From NCBI GenBank assembly GCA_026026165.1, contig JAPEUD010000019.1:310001-363456 (forward strand): a stretch of 53,456 nucleotides of DNA, read 5' to 3'. The notes under the pieces were generated by a model. It did not search any database, was not told the DNA's origin, and worked only from the letters and a program-made list of their open reading frames with translations. Below, piece by piece: positions 12,957 to 25,439 of this stretch. Within the stretch, counting starts at the first letter, position 1, and every line of letters begins with the position of its first letter. A program made the position numbers and the translations under genes. The DNA comes from Sarea resinae. Taxonomy: Eukaryota.

Positions 12957-14038
12957 TTTGGCCAAGGTGGAGCTGGAAGAGCGGATGCCGTTGATGCGGA
13001 TTAGCTGGATCTGTAGTTGGCCGACAGTAGCAAAGGAAGATGGAGAGACGATGGTGCCGTTGGTTGATGACGATGATAGAAAGTGCCTGAGAACTAGCGA
13101 TCAATGGCGAGAGATGCAAAGAGCGCAGTTGAAGGCCTTTTAAGGGAAAGATCGGGCTCTGATCCAGAAGAGCTGCGCCCATTCATACACATTAAGGCTG
13201 CATTGACGTGGCGCCGATCTAGAGCTGAAAGGTGGTTTTGACGGCAGGGCAGCCCTTAGTGAGGCCACCAGAATATCCGAGTATCAGGATAGGCCGCTCG
13301 TCATGAAGCTTTCTGATTGACAGGAGGAGTCTTCGTATTCATGTTCGCAGCTGGCCTGAAATATTGCAGAAGAGGCTTTGAGGAGATAGTCCTCTGGACA
13401 AGGATGACAGGTACGGGAGATTCGTAGGCCCAATAACGGACTTGACACTTCAGAGCTTTACTGCACTGCGGCCGAGGAAAAAGCGCGGCCGAGATCATAG
13501 GTCGAGATTGAAATTATGAAAAGAAAACCCTCCATGGTACCAGAGCCATGGCAACGTGTCAAGATATAAAACTCAATCGTCCATGCGGGTCATGAGAGAT
13601 CATTCGGGAAAAATGATGTGTTTCATCGTGTTGCACCAAGTGGCCGCTCAATACTGAATCCCTCTCGAGAGGGCAAAAAAGATCTTGGATATGATGCAAT
13701 AGTATTCCATGACGACGGGCTCCCTGCACACACCTTAGTCTTTGATCAAAGTTGAGATACGATGGGGCGGGCCTGCTGGGTCGGCTCGTGCCGCGGGTTG
13801 GCTTTTGCAGAGCTTCGTCATCTTTAGAGGATGACTATTGCATGCCGAATTTTCATTTTCGACCGGGTTGTTTGCGCTGGCCGAACAAACGGCCTTCTGC
13901 CCGGCGGCCAAGTCACATCGAAAAGTGAGCGTGTACGTTGATTGGAAGGTAGCAATATTTCCAGGTACGGTCACAATCTTGCCACGCTGTGCGTGCAGAA
14001 TATCCTGCATCGCATCTGCAGCGCTGACGAGCATTGGG

Positions 14039-14100
14039 GGAGGAGGAGGAGGAGGAGGAGGAGGAGGAGGAGGAGGAGAATGATGATGATGATGATGATG
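14039..14100. repeat. Compound microsatellite (GGA)n(ATG)n
   Basis: Read directly; explains the poly-G, poly-R and poly-M spurious ORFs here. Confidence 0.9.
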
Positions 14101-14237
14101 GTGATGATCTGGCGATGCCGGAATACCCCTCGGTCTAGACTAATATCATCCCGTGCTCTCGGGTCCAGTCCAGCTGGCCGTCGTCAGGGTCCAGGGATGC
14201 CACTCTCGCCAAGGCTCCGAACCAATTGTACTATGTA

Positions 14238-15284
14238 TCACCGCGCAGGTGGCTTGACGTTGTTATTGGAAGCTACGAGATTGGAATTCTCCAGGCCAAG
14301 TAAAGGGCGTAGAGGCTCTCTGGAATCGGTGGAAAGGTGTCGGCTGTGCCTCTTTTGCTTGCTGCGGAGTTGCGATCGCCTTTGCTTGTTTTCCGGCGGA
14401 TTGAGACACTCCTCGACGACTCGGTCATACTCGCGGGGACCGTCTTCCTCCTCTCGACGGTAGATACCAGACTCGGCAATCTGAAAGTCGAAGCCCGAAA
14501 GATCGCTCTCGATGCTTTGTCTGGTAAATGCGTGGAAGGAAGAGTCGTCATCGTACGCGTCGATGGGCGTACATCTATCCGTGGCCGATGAAGCCGGGGA
14601 AAAGCGGAGAGGTGGAGCAGAAGTTGGAGCGATCGAAGAGTTCAGCAGTGGTGCATGAGCATGCCCTGCCGATCTCTTCTTGGTGTTTCTGCGCGGAACC
14701 GGTCCAAGCAGAGAGGGCTCGGGAGGGATGGGGGCTGTCAAGCCGACCGGACGACTCCCTATCGATGGCGGCGAGAAGAAGGTCAGCGACCGGTCTGGAT
14801 CTTGTTGCGCTGATCTCCTGCGCCACTGCTTGCACGAGCCTGGTTGATACGGATGTCGATGTGGATTGCACAGCGCCGTGGCGGGCTGCTGTGGGCCATC
14901 TGACAGTCGAGTCCACCCCGAATGGCCCGTATGGACATCGCAGAGGAGCCGACTGTCTCGGAAAGACTGGAGGTGGGCCTCATGGAACTGTTCTTTCCGC
15001 CGGACGAGATCGAGGAGCCTCAGATCAATGCTGTCCTTGGCTTCCAAGTCCGTCGATCGAGTAAAGTCCGCTCGAGTCAGGCCTTGGTCTGCAGAGTATG
15101 GGTCTAGGTCTAGGGCTTCGGGGTCGTTACGGGCGGCGCGGGACTGCTTTCGGATCAGCCATTTGACCCGCCAGTGGGTGAGCAGCGGCAGGATCAGCAC
15201 GACAAAGACGATCGAGGCGAGCAACATGATGGCTCCGACCGTCGTTGCAACGCCGGCTCGCTGTGGTGGCGCTGAAGCACCCAT
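14238..15284 (-). CDS. Hypothetical protein with one N-terminal TM helix and a disordered cytoplasmic tail
   Basis: 348-codon ORF from ATG 15284. Hydrophobic VGAIMLLASIVFVVLILPLL is followed by basic HWRVKWLIRK; Ser/Pro/Arg-rich remainder. Confidence 0.6.
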   Translation of the reverse strand: MGASAPPQRAGVATTVGAIMLLASIVFVVLILPLLTHWRVKWLIRKQSRAARNDPEALDLDPYSADQGLTRADFTRSTDLEAKDSIDLRLLDLVRRKEQFHEAHLQSFRDSRLLCDVHTGHSGWTRLSDGPQQPATALCNPHRHPYQPGSCKQWRRRSAQQDPDRSLTFFSPPSIGSRPVGLTAPIPPEPSLLGPVPRRNTKKRSAGHAHAPLLNSSIAPTSAPPLRFSPASSATDRCTPIDAYDDDSSFHAFTRQSIESDLSGFDFQIAESGIYRREEEDGPREYDRVVEECLNPPENKQRRSQLRSKQKRHSRHLSTDSREPLRPLLGLENSNLVASNNNVKPPAR

Positions 15285-18200
15285 GTTCACGATGTGCACG
15301 ATCACGACTATCACCTCCAGCTGTCACTGTCTCTGTCTCTGTCTCCTGTTTCCCGTCTTCTGTCTCCTGTCTCCTGTCTTCGCCGCTCGACATATGCATT
15401 GCACACCGATGTGAGATTGGTAGAACGTGAGCTCATCTATATGTCTTTGCTCTTTGCAAGTTGCATTTCTCGAGCTGGTGTTTCTCGGTGCAGATGTCCT
15501 TGGCCCATTCCCCTTGCATGGACAGCCCCGAAAAGGGATGAGCGAAGCCAACCTCGGATGCATAATGCCTCTCTCTCGAGGACCTCCCCATACTGAATAC
15601 TACTGTATACCTATCCATGGAAACACGCTGTCGCGCGGTTACTTCATGCAAAGGCAAGGGGAAAGAAGACTCTCAATGGCCGGGAGCGCAGCAGCAAAGA
15701 GTCATGCGAGATGACTATGGTCGACTCGGGAGACATATCCTACCCGGGCTGGACATTAGACGGGTGCTCACGTTTTGGTACCTGCTTGCCTGTTTGACGG
15801 CGGGGACGCTCACTCATTTCTCTTGGCGTCTTTGGCTCGCCCGCGATCAGATGAACAACCTATGATCTATCTAGGATACCGTATCATCCGCACCCCCCCC
15901 TCAGACCGAGAGGCCTAACGAAAACCTTGGTTGGACTGCTGGATAAGAATCTTCCATAGCGGATGTCTTGGAAGTCTGGACCTTTCGTCCAAAGGGATAG
16001 GACTATTCGACCTCGTCCTCGGCGCATTGTCGTCGACCTGTTGAGCTTTCAAGATACCGCCTCATACGGAATAGACCGATGCATCATGATTGTGACAAAC
16101 TTGTAAGAGCAAGAATAATGGTCGACTTACTTTGAGCCATAATAGGATATCAGTAATACGAGAGGCGGCCGGGACGAGAGCGAGAGGAGTCACTCGCCGG
16201 TCTTGATGACCGCTCCTTCCTGATCTGCTGAGATGCCCTCCTTGCTTAATGCCGATCGTCCAAGATGGAGCTCTTTGTCCCCGATTCAGAGAACGGCTGT
16301 GACCAGGAAGATAAGGAGCAGCCAAGAAGAAAGCCATGATGTCAACAGTAATGGCAGAACACGAGTTGTCTGACAGCTTGAGCAAGTTGAGGCTTCGAGC
16401 GATACCATCTGCTCAAGAGAAAGTTTACGACGGAAGGGACGGTACAAAGTACGTAGATAGCGCGCATGCCGCACGACTCCTGACTCGTTGCACGCTATCT
16501 CCGGATTCGGGGCGAGGAGAGAAGAGGAGATGGGCGTATGGCCGAGCTCATTGGAGTTGCGGGGAGTATTGAGTGGCAGATTCACTGTACTCAGTAGCCG
16601 GGGTAGAACTCAATAGGCGGCAAACCTCATGCCCCTGACGGACAGACGAACCGTTCGTCCCTTGCATACCGGCGGATCTACGATCTACCCTAACCCCACG
16701 CTCGAAGCTGGAATGGATTCGGATGGAAAAGAAACGGGGCGGACCTTAGTCTGCAGACAAGTACGAAGAAACCTCTCCGGCCACTACTACCTAGTTCGCA
16801 CCTAAGGCAGGTAAAGCACCCAGGGAGAGATGACATAGAGAGAAGATCGATTTGCTGCCTCAGCCAAAGAGTTGCACCGTTCACCGCTTCGCCCTCGCTC
16901 TCCGTAGCTCACCTCGAGTTTCTCAGCCCTCAGGGCTCTTGAGTCCGAGCGCCCTGATGCCTCCAGGGCTGCTGTAAGCACCGGTAAACACATGGGCCCC
17001 TGGCGTTTTCAAAACTGGACATCTCTCGGTGGCCGCACATACACGAGGAGAGCCGGAGACCACTCTCGAGAGACGGAACCTGAGTGCAACAGAGCTCGAG
17101 CTCAGGTGAGTGACATGGCCGAGGCAGAATATACGGAAAGCAAGGAATCAATTGAAGCCTTGAAAGTCCGAGCTTAATGCGACCTCGGCGATATCGTTGT
17201 GTTTGGCTTTCCGGTTCTCGGACGTGATCATACGTGCATGTCCCATGGCGTCTTCTGAACACGAAGTCCGCTCTTGTCAATTGATGTGAACAATGCCACG
17301 TCATGCTGTCGAGATGTCGAGATGTCGAGATGCACGCCCTGCTATTGTTTCTCAGATCACGGAACAGGGAGACTTCACGGACAAGTAAGGAGAGTAGCGA
17401 TTGGAAGAGAATTCCGTTTTGAGGTCCAACGAGGCCGACGAGTTTGAAGTGACAGAAAATAGGCCCGCAGAAGTGAGGATCAAATGCCAGGGAGATTGAT
17501 GTTCTAGGCCGCCGTCAATGCCCTGCTTAAAGTTCGCCTTTCCAGTGTCCCCCTGATTCCAAACTGATTCAGATGTGGGGGGGGGAAAAGAAGAGACCAA
17601 CGGGAGCAAATACGCTCCTGGAGTCTCAGCTCGTACCTACCGACTTTAGAAGGTGGCATCGACCGCATCAATTGTATCAATTGATCATCGGTTGATCCGT
17701 GATTCCTGGACGTCTGCCCTGCCCTACCTCCACTATCTTAGCCTGTGCGAAGTACGAAGTAGATCCCATCGATCGGACCTTAAACCTTAGCGACGGGAAG
17801 CTCTACAAGCGCGGTTGTGGGTTACGCGACTGCAGGGGCGTCTTCATGCATGATGGATCCAATGTCTTGCCCACCGACCGGCGCCCATCGACCATCACGA
17901 ACTCCTCCCTTCCGCAACCATCGAAGACCACGACCTTTACCCCCCCACCCCCCTTTGTTTTCTCCTTTTGACTCCAGAGACTTCAGCCACGATCGTTTTC
18001 TCCCCGCCTTCGTCTCGTAAATAGGCTCACAGCAGAGACACCATCCTAAGACTTTCGCCGTTATGGACCAGGCTTGTTCCCCTCCCGGCATTGGCACGAC
18101 TGCCAATGGGTGTCTGAGCCTTCCGTCAAGAACCGTCCCGCTCTTCTGTCCCCAGATTGCCAAGATCCCGCAATCTGTACCATGTTCCACACAACGCTCT

Positions 18201-18693
18201 GATCCACCCGTGAAGCGCAGATGAGAACTTATGTTTTGAGATCAGTGATGGAGAGGGCATTCCTGACGGTAAGCGCTTCACTCGCCCAGGAACGCCCTAC
18301 CCAATACCAGCACGAACTAAACGAGATGAAAGCCCGGAAAACGGGACAGGCTACTCTATGGGATTTCGTTCTGAAATCATGGCTCTGCTCTGAGAATTCT
18401 CATTTGCCAACGCTTGAAGAATGCAACGTTGCAGACTAGATTCGTAGGCAGATCCAATTTGCCCCCTTGCTCCGCGGATTGGAACCCTGTGATCTTCGGT
18501 CTGTTCCGAGACACGCTTCCAACAATCTTCACTTTATTCATCTGAGGTATATATGTCTTTCTGAATTCCACTGCATATTAGTTCCGGCAATTCGCCGACT
18601 TCGACCATTTGGTTAGTCAGGAACCTCGGTATCGCCACTTTCTTCTCTTCCACCTTTTCACGCTTCTTCTGGACTTTAGTTTAGCACTTCACA

Positions 18694-21600
18694 ATGATTT
18701 CCGAGCATTTTCCTTTTCTCCGCGTGCTATTCTTGCTGTCGCAAATACTTGTGCTAGCAGCTGGCTCTGACCTTGATACTGATACGGATGATGACTGCCC
18801 TGAAGGACCATCGCTGGTCCAAGTTTATATTGAAACGCAAACTATCGAATACCCCGTCCAGGTTGACGCCCACTGCGATTCGAATACGGTCATCATAATT
18901 GAAGGTGGCATAACCATCAATGTCGATAATGCTCCCACTCACTTGAAGACTACTGTCAAAGGCACGAGCACCAAAGTTGTGACGAAGACATTGACGACGA
19001 CCAAGACGGATACAGAGACAGTCACGACAACAAAGTACGTCTCATTAAATGGTGAAGGATGGGAGGCTGATAAGTCCTAGGGCCAAGAAAACACATAAGA
19101 CCGGACCAACCAGTTATGCAGTAATTCCCACTCTTGGTTTCGCACCAAGCAGTTCAGGGGGACCTCCTCGTGAGTCTTGCGAGGAATCTTCAATGAGTCC
19201 TGCTAGTCCCCAGACTTCGACAAGCCTCCCTGGATATGGGCCTCTCCCTAGTAGTCCAAATACGCCCTTGACCAGGCCTGGCTCTACTGCAGCGGCTTCA
19301 TCGAGTCTCCCGGGATATGGTGCTCTGCCTAGCAGCCCAAGCACTCCCTTAAATAGCTCCGGGATACCTACCATAAGCTCCAGTACCTTCGGATTCTTCC
19401 CAAACAGCTCAGGGCCTCTATCCAGTGCGGGAATCACATCCGGACAGTCTCCAAGTACTAGCCCCACAACACTCTCTTTCCAACCAGGAGGCCCCATAAT
19501 TCCGGTAAACAGCTCCGGCCCGCCGTTGAATAGCTTTGGGACAACAGTGCCATATACTGGAACAGTATATACTACTTCGACTTTTGCTCCCACATCTACC
19601 AGTTCGGGACGACGACCATTTCCCGTGGCCCGCTTTGTGCTGTCCGTGTTTGAAATAGTTCCCGGAACAAATGGGCAGTACGCGCAAGTAGGGTATATCG
19701 GGATCGGTGGAGGTCTGACCGCTAATTGCGATTCGAGCTCGGTCTTTGCGTTTGACAATGGTACCATATCAACAGGTGGTTCACTAATTTCGGCCAACGG
19801 GTCGCCTGTTGAAGCTTTTACTCCCTCTACCACAATTGGCAGCTACGCGAATGCTTTCTCATTTTCAGGAACCCTTCTTCAGTGGTCAGTTTCGAACTTT
19901 ACAAATGGATCTGCCTCCTTCTGTGTTGAAAATGGGACTGTCGAAATCGTGATGACTGGATCGCCTCCGGCAGGCTGTGCCAGTGCAGTGTTGGAGTACG
20001 TCGATGGTAAGTTATATCTTCAAGAAGTGTCAACTACATAATAGCTAATCGTCGAAGCTGCTTCGTGCGCTGGATTATCTGCACCGTCGAATTCAATAAG
20101 TGCTCCGTCTACAAGCACTGTTGGCTCGACCCTAGGATCTGTGGTCTCTGGTTCACCGAGTTCGGCCTTTTCTTCGGGCCCCACAGCCCCCTACAATAAC
20201 GGAACGGGATTGCCGAGTAGCACCTTCTCTTCCGGAACTACATTTTCAGGCTCGTCCGGTGCTTCTAGCTTTATCCCTTCCGGGTCCATCAGCGGTTTTC
20301 CTTCACTCAATTCTTCGTACGCAGCTGGAACGGGAACTGGGCGCCCCACGATTCTTCCCAGCTCTTTCCAAGCCCTGAATATATCTCTTCCGTCAAGCTT
20401 CACTGTACCCAGCAGCACCATAAGCCCACCGGTGCCATTGAATTCTTCTCTACCGGCAGGTACGGGGACTGGCATAACAAGTGCGCCAAATCCAACAAAC
20501 TCTTCAGTGCCAAACGGTACAGGGACTGCTCTGACCAGTGCCCCGTTTTCATTGAACTCTTCGCTACCATTCGGTATTGGCACGGGGACCGGACCACTGT
20601 CTAGCATAGGCACAGGCGTATCATCTCCGCTTAATTCTTCTGCGCCAACAGGCACCGGAACTGGAAGTCTTCGCAACACGACGACCGCTCCACCAGCCGC
20701 GAACTCTACTTTACCATTAGGAACCGGAACTTCTATATCTCCAAATAATATCACAAGCGCTCCGCTCTCGTCAAATTCCACTCTAGCCCCTGGGACCGGT
20801 ATCTTGAACTCCACACTTCCTTTTGGCACTGGGACTGCACTCTCTCCTAATAGCACCGCAAGCATCACCGCCGCCTCGAATTCCACTATACCGTTTGGGA
20901 CGGGAACTTCTGTGTCGCCAAGTAATATCACGAGCGCTCCGCTCTCGTCAAATTCAACTATAGCCTCTGGGACCAGCATATTGAACTCCACACTTCCTTT
21001 TGGCTCAGGGACTGCATCTGCCTTGAATTCCACTCTACCGTTTGGGACCGGGACCGCTACTTCTGCTAGTAACACGACGACCGCGGCGTCGCTCAATTCC
21101 ACACTTGTTGGAACGGGAACTGCTGCTCCTGTCAACACATCAGGGCCTTCGACGACCATCAGTGGGACGATAGTTGAAGGGACCACATTTGGTGGAAGAG
21201 TGCTTGCGTTTAGAACTCTGGTTGAGTTGACTGTCGTTCGTACAGTATATGCGATGACTACACTAAATACGGCTGGGGCAATTGCTGGCACGATAATGCC
21301 GGGTACGACAACCAATGGAACAACAATAATTGCGACGGTGATCTCTGCAATAATAGTCCAATCCACCGCAACCAGTAATGGAACGACTATAGTTGGATCG
21401 ACAGGTCTCGCATCAATGACTCCTAGTGTAACTGGAAATGGTACTGCTATAGCCGGATCGACCGGTGCAATGGTCACTCCTAGCGCGACTGGAAACGGGA
21501 CGACGACTTCTGGATCAGCATCCGCAGTGGTCTCATCGTCTTTCTCCTCTATCTCCTCTAATGCTTCTGCTTCTGGGACAGGCCCAGTGAGCTCATCGTC

Positions 21601-23338
21601 GGTATCTACCGCTCCGTCTAATCAGACAACTGTTTTTGGAACAATACTGTTGGAGACGGTAGCCTCCGGAGAGGTTATCGGCTACACAACCTCAGTCGAG
21701 ACCGTCGTGGTTGAGAGGATAGTCTCTGGGACAACAACATCTGGGACGATTACTAGTGGGACAGTCCTCCCCCCAGTGACTTCTGCTGGGTCAACAACCA
21801 ATGAATATATCCTTACAGGGACTATAATCTCCGCCTCAACGAATTCCTCTGGTCTGACCTCAGCAACCATTACTCCGGCTAGTTCGGGAATCTCTCAGTC
21901 TCTCACGAATTCAACCGCAGCAACTGCCAATTCTAGTTCTATAGCTGCATCACCAACAACTATTTTCGGGACAATTGCTGTTCAGTCAGTTTATTCTGGA
22001 GAAGTCGTTGGCTATACGACTATCGTTGAGACAATAGTAGTCCAGAGGGTAGTTTCTGGGACGACATATTCTGGGACAATTGTCTCTGGAACAGTGTCTC
22101 CAGCAACAACCTCTGCTGGAACTACCATTTCCGAAGTTGTGATCACAGGGACTATAGTCTCAGCGTCAACGAACTCAACGCCCACTTCGGCAGCAACTGC
22201 TGCAGCTAGCTCAGTATCGACTCTGTCTCCCACCACTGTTTACGGGACAATAGCTTCGCAGTCCATATCATCCGGCGAGGTGATTGGCTACAATACGATG
22301 GTTGAGACTATAGTGGTTGAGAGAATAGTATCTGGAACTACATCTTCTGGCACATTGATTTCTGCTACTGTGCTTCCTGCGGTGACATCCTCTGGGACTA
22401 CCGTCTCGGAATATATTCTCACTGGAAGTATAATTGGCGCGACAACCAATTCATCTTCAACAGTATCTTCGAACTCGTCAACAATTTCAGCAGCCGTCTC
22501 CACCTCATCCGCATCTTCCTCGTCAGGAACAGGTACGACTACAGTCCGCGGTACTGTTGTCGAACAATCCACCTATGGTGGGGAAGTTGTCGGAGAGAGT
22601 ACATACTATGAAGAAATTGTCGTCGAGACAATTGTTTCAGGCACAAGCTTCGGCAGCGAGATAATATCTGGGACGGTCATGCCTGGAACGACATTCTCTG
22701 GTACAACTGTCTTTGCCACAGTCCTCAATGGGACGATCATAAGTGGAGCCACTGCAACCCCAGCGGTTTCAGCTTCCGCAACAGCATCCGCGACTAGTGC
22801 CACTGGCTTCGGGGTAGTATCTACTGTTGCAATGGTAACTACCGGTTCAAGCACATCGGTTCCTGTGTCGACCTCGACAGCGGTTACGGTCTCGAATGGT
22901 CCCAATGGCTCGGGCTACACGAGTACCTTTTACTCAACCTATTACTCGGCGTCAAGTTCAGGCTACACTTCTACTTTCTATTTCTCTGTAGTACCTGCCG
23001 CCTCCAGCTCAAGCTCTACAGACAATTCAAGTGTAGCAACGAACTCGACTGCATCAGCGAGGTCAAGCTCCGTAGCATCAACTCCCCAAGCTAGAGGACA
23101 GAATATTGAGGATACTACGGGCAACGGACAAGTTGACAATGTGAAGGGAACTAGCAAGACTACCACTGGCAGCAGCACAAAAACCACAAACCCACAGACA
23201 CACCCGGGCTTCTCGGTCTCCGGTCTTGATGGTGGACTGAGTGTAGAGGGTAGTGGAACCGTCAGCGGACCCGCGCCTCGAAGGACGGGCGGAAGGAGGT
23301 TGTTTCGAGCGAGTGCTCGTGGCATGAATTCCGGGTAG
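18694..23338 (+). CDS. Large secreted Ser/Thr-rich mucin/adhesin-like protein (~1515 aa)
   Basis: Exons 18694-19034, 19081-20006, 20058-23338 (4548 nt, in frame) via GTACGT..TAG and GTAAGT..AAG introns. Signal peptide; Cys-containing globular segment (FVLSV...GYIG...NCDSSSVF...FC...PPAGC); NSTLPFGTGT repeats; five ~72-aa repeats. Confidence 0.88.
20440..21125 (+). repeat. Intragenic NS(T/S)(L/I)P(F/L)GTGT peptide repeats
   Basis: About ten imperfect copies in the translation, each with an N-x-S/T sequon; 20740-20840 and 20920-21020 are near-duplicate DNA. Confidence 0.8.
21150..22750 (+). repeat. Five intragenic ~72-aa repeats (TTVxGTI...SGEVIGYxTxVETIVVERIVSGTT...ILTGTII)
   Basis: Copies at ~21150-21360 (diverged), ~21626-21841, ~21956-22171, ~22232-22447 and ~22536-22750. 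Confidence 0.85.
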
Positions 23339-24455
23339 ATCTTTTTTCGTATACATCTTTTGGTTTCCCTACCCTTGTGTTTTGAATGAAGATGCGATTT
23401 TTTCAAATGATGCGCTTCCTAAGTTTGTCTTTTGAATGGCACACAAGGGCGGAGAGGCGGCGTTCATATCACACATACGGCGGGAAATATTTCTCTAGCA
23501 TACCAACCTCGCATATCTTATGAAGTAATCCTGGGAAACGAGTTGTCCATTGATTTCTGTGATCATCCATCTTCTTGATTTTGACATGCCTCGGAAAGTA
23601 AAGCCAGTGGGGATGTGCCGATACTGAGGTGAAGTGTGTAGTGTGTACTCGGAGTCGTACGTAGCGGATTGTAGTCGTCGATATTTGATGTACTTCGTAC
23701 TACTCCGTACGTAGTATTGCTAGAGTAGGAGTATATCACGGCTAATACCCATGTAGATGCCTGGCGACTAGGTATGTGGTTTCGCGATACGACACCACTC
23801 GACGCGACGCAAGTCGACGCGACGCGACACAACACAACTAAAACCTAATGCGTCAATGCCATACATTTTGCGTGCCCACATTGTTACTATACCGAGTTCC
23901 AAGAAGGAAAGGAAGCAAGAGAAGAGAAGAGAAGAGAAGAGAAAAAGGAAAAAAGCAAGGATAGGATGCAACTTATCCAAAACAATATCTCTACTGCCAT
24001 GTCCACATCTTTCGGATTACTTTCTATTCATCATTCTAATCTGCATTCCGTACGGATGGGAAATTACGATTTCCCATACATGCCTTACCTTACTCACCTC
24101 GCTGCAGTAATGGTGGTGGTGGTGGTGGTGGTGGTGGTGGTCTCAGGAGCGGTCTTGATGATTCAAGGTACGAAGCGAAGTGGTCGTATGTGGTGGTGAT
24201 ATCGCGACAACCAACAATCCCCCGTGGAAACTCTAGAGGTAGAACTGTTGGTGATGAGAGAGACGGGAAAATATGTGTGTATATATCATGTCATGTCATT
24301 GGATTGGGTTGTATTGAATGAGATCAAACGCCGATGGGGAAGAAACGAAAGAGAGAAAGAAAGAAAAACCCCATCAAGTCACGCACTTCAAGTAGATTCA
24401 AAGACTCCCCACACGCACTTAAATAAAAAGGGTAAAACACTCAAGTCATGATCGA

Positions 24456-25439
24456 TTACAAGAAGACGGCTACCAGCGCCACCGAGACCATCCCAATCCC
24501 CATCGCGAGACTGTTTCCAAACGCGGGCCTTGTCGGAGCCGCGGCGCCGGTGAACTCGAGCACGCCTGAGGGGACGCCGTTGCCTGAGGCTCCGGTCGCG
24601 CCCGCGGGAGCAATTGTAGGAGACCATGCTTGGCCTGCTGGTTTGATCTTCGACGGGGTCCCAGGGGTGGCGGGAGCCGTGGACGCGGTGGACGCCAATG
24701 CGACGGGGACGGTCAGGGTTGCTGTGATGCCGGCCGGCCCGCACGTGAAGCAACTCTTGACTGTCGTCATGAAGCCTTGCGGAATATAAGTCGATGCGGG
24801 AGACGTCGGCTCGCCGGAGCACGTCTCCGTCACCGTGTAGGTCTTGGGCTCGAGGCCCGTGTCGCAGAATGTCGCATACGCCGTTGTGTATGTGGTGGTG
24901 TATACGGCTGGTAAGCTGGAACTGGTCGGAGAAGAACTGATTGGGGTAGCGCTAGCGGCACTACTACTACTGCTGCTGCTGCTGCTACTACTACTAGCGC
25001 TGCTGCTGCAGACGGTGCAGACGGTCAGGGTGGCAGTCATGGGTGTTGGGCCGCAGGAATTGCAAGAAGAGACCGTGGCGGCAAAGCCTTGAGGAATGTA
25101 ATTGGGTCCCGGGCGTGTAGGCATCCCGGTGCCTGTCTCGACGACAGTGTGAGTCTTGGGCCGAAGCCCGGTGGGGCAGAATTCGGAGTAGACGGTCGTG
25201 TAGCTCGTCGTGTACGGGCACTTGTCGCAATAGGTCGAGGTCACAGTGGCCATGATGGTGCTCTTGTAGTAGGTCGAGTGCGTCGACGTTGCGGCACATG
25301 TGTTTGATGATGATGACGATGTTGGCGCAGAAGATTGAGTGCTCGAGGTGGACGGCCAAGCAGAAAGTGCCGGGTTGGTCGAATCCTGCGCGTAAACAAG
25401 CGGTACGAGTAGAGCAAACACTGAAGTCAGGTACTTCAT
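24456..25439 (-). CDS. GPI-anchored-type Ser/Thr/Cys-rich cell wall protein (327 aa)
   Basis: Signal peptide MKYLTSVFALLVPLVYA; two copies of YTTxYxxFCxTGLxPKTxTVxET...YIPQGF..TV.SC..CGP...TATLTV; C-terminal EFTGAA plus hydrophobic tail typical of GPI signals. Confidence 0.88.
   Translation of the reverse strand: MKYLTSVFALLVPLVYAQDSTNPALSAWPSTSSTQSSAPTSSSSSNTCAATSTHSTYYKSTIMATVTSTYCDKCPYTTSYTTVYSEFCPTGLRPKTHTVVETGTGMPTRPGPNYIPQGFAATVSSCNSCGPTPMTATLTVCTVCSSSASSSSSSSSSSSSAASATPISSSPTSSSLPAVYTTTYTTAYATFCDTGLEPKTYTVTETCSGEPTSPASTYIPQGFMTTVKSCFTCGPAGITATLTVPVALASTASTAPATPGTPSKIKPAGQAWSPTIAPAGATGASGNGVPSGVLEFTGAAAPTRPAFGNSLAMGIGMVSVALVAVFL

Noticed and set aside
13838..14463. ORFs with poly-G, poly-R and poly-M
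   Set aside because: Produced by the (GGA)n(ATG)n microsatellite and antisense overlap with the 14238-15284 gene.
15900..18500. Short ORFs such as 16336-16572 and 16992-17177
   Set aside because: No recognisable motifs or consistent exon chain.
19114..23406. Long minus-strand Val-rich ORFs (e.g. 20191-21477)
   Set aside because: Antisense shadows of the Thr/Ser-rich mucin gene.
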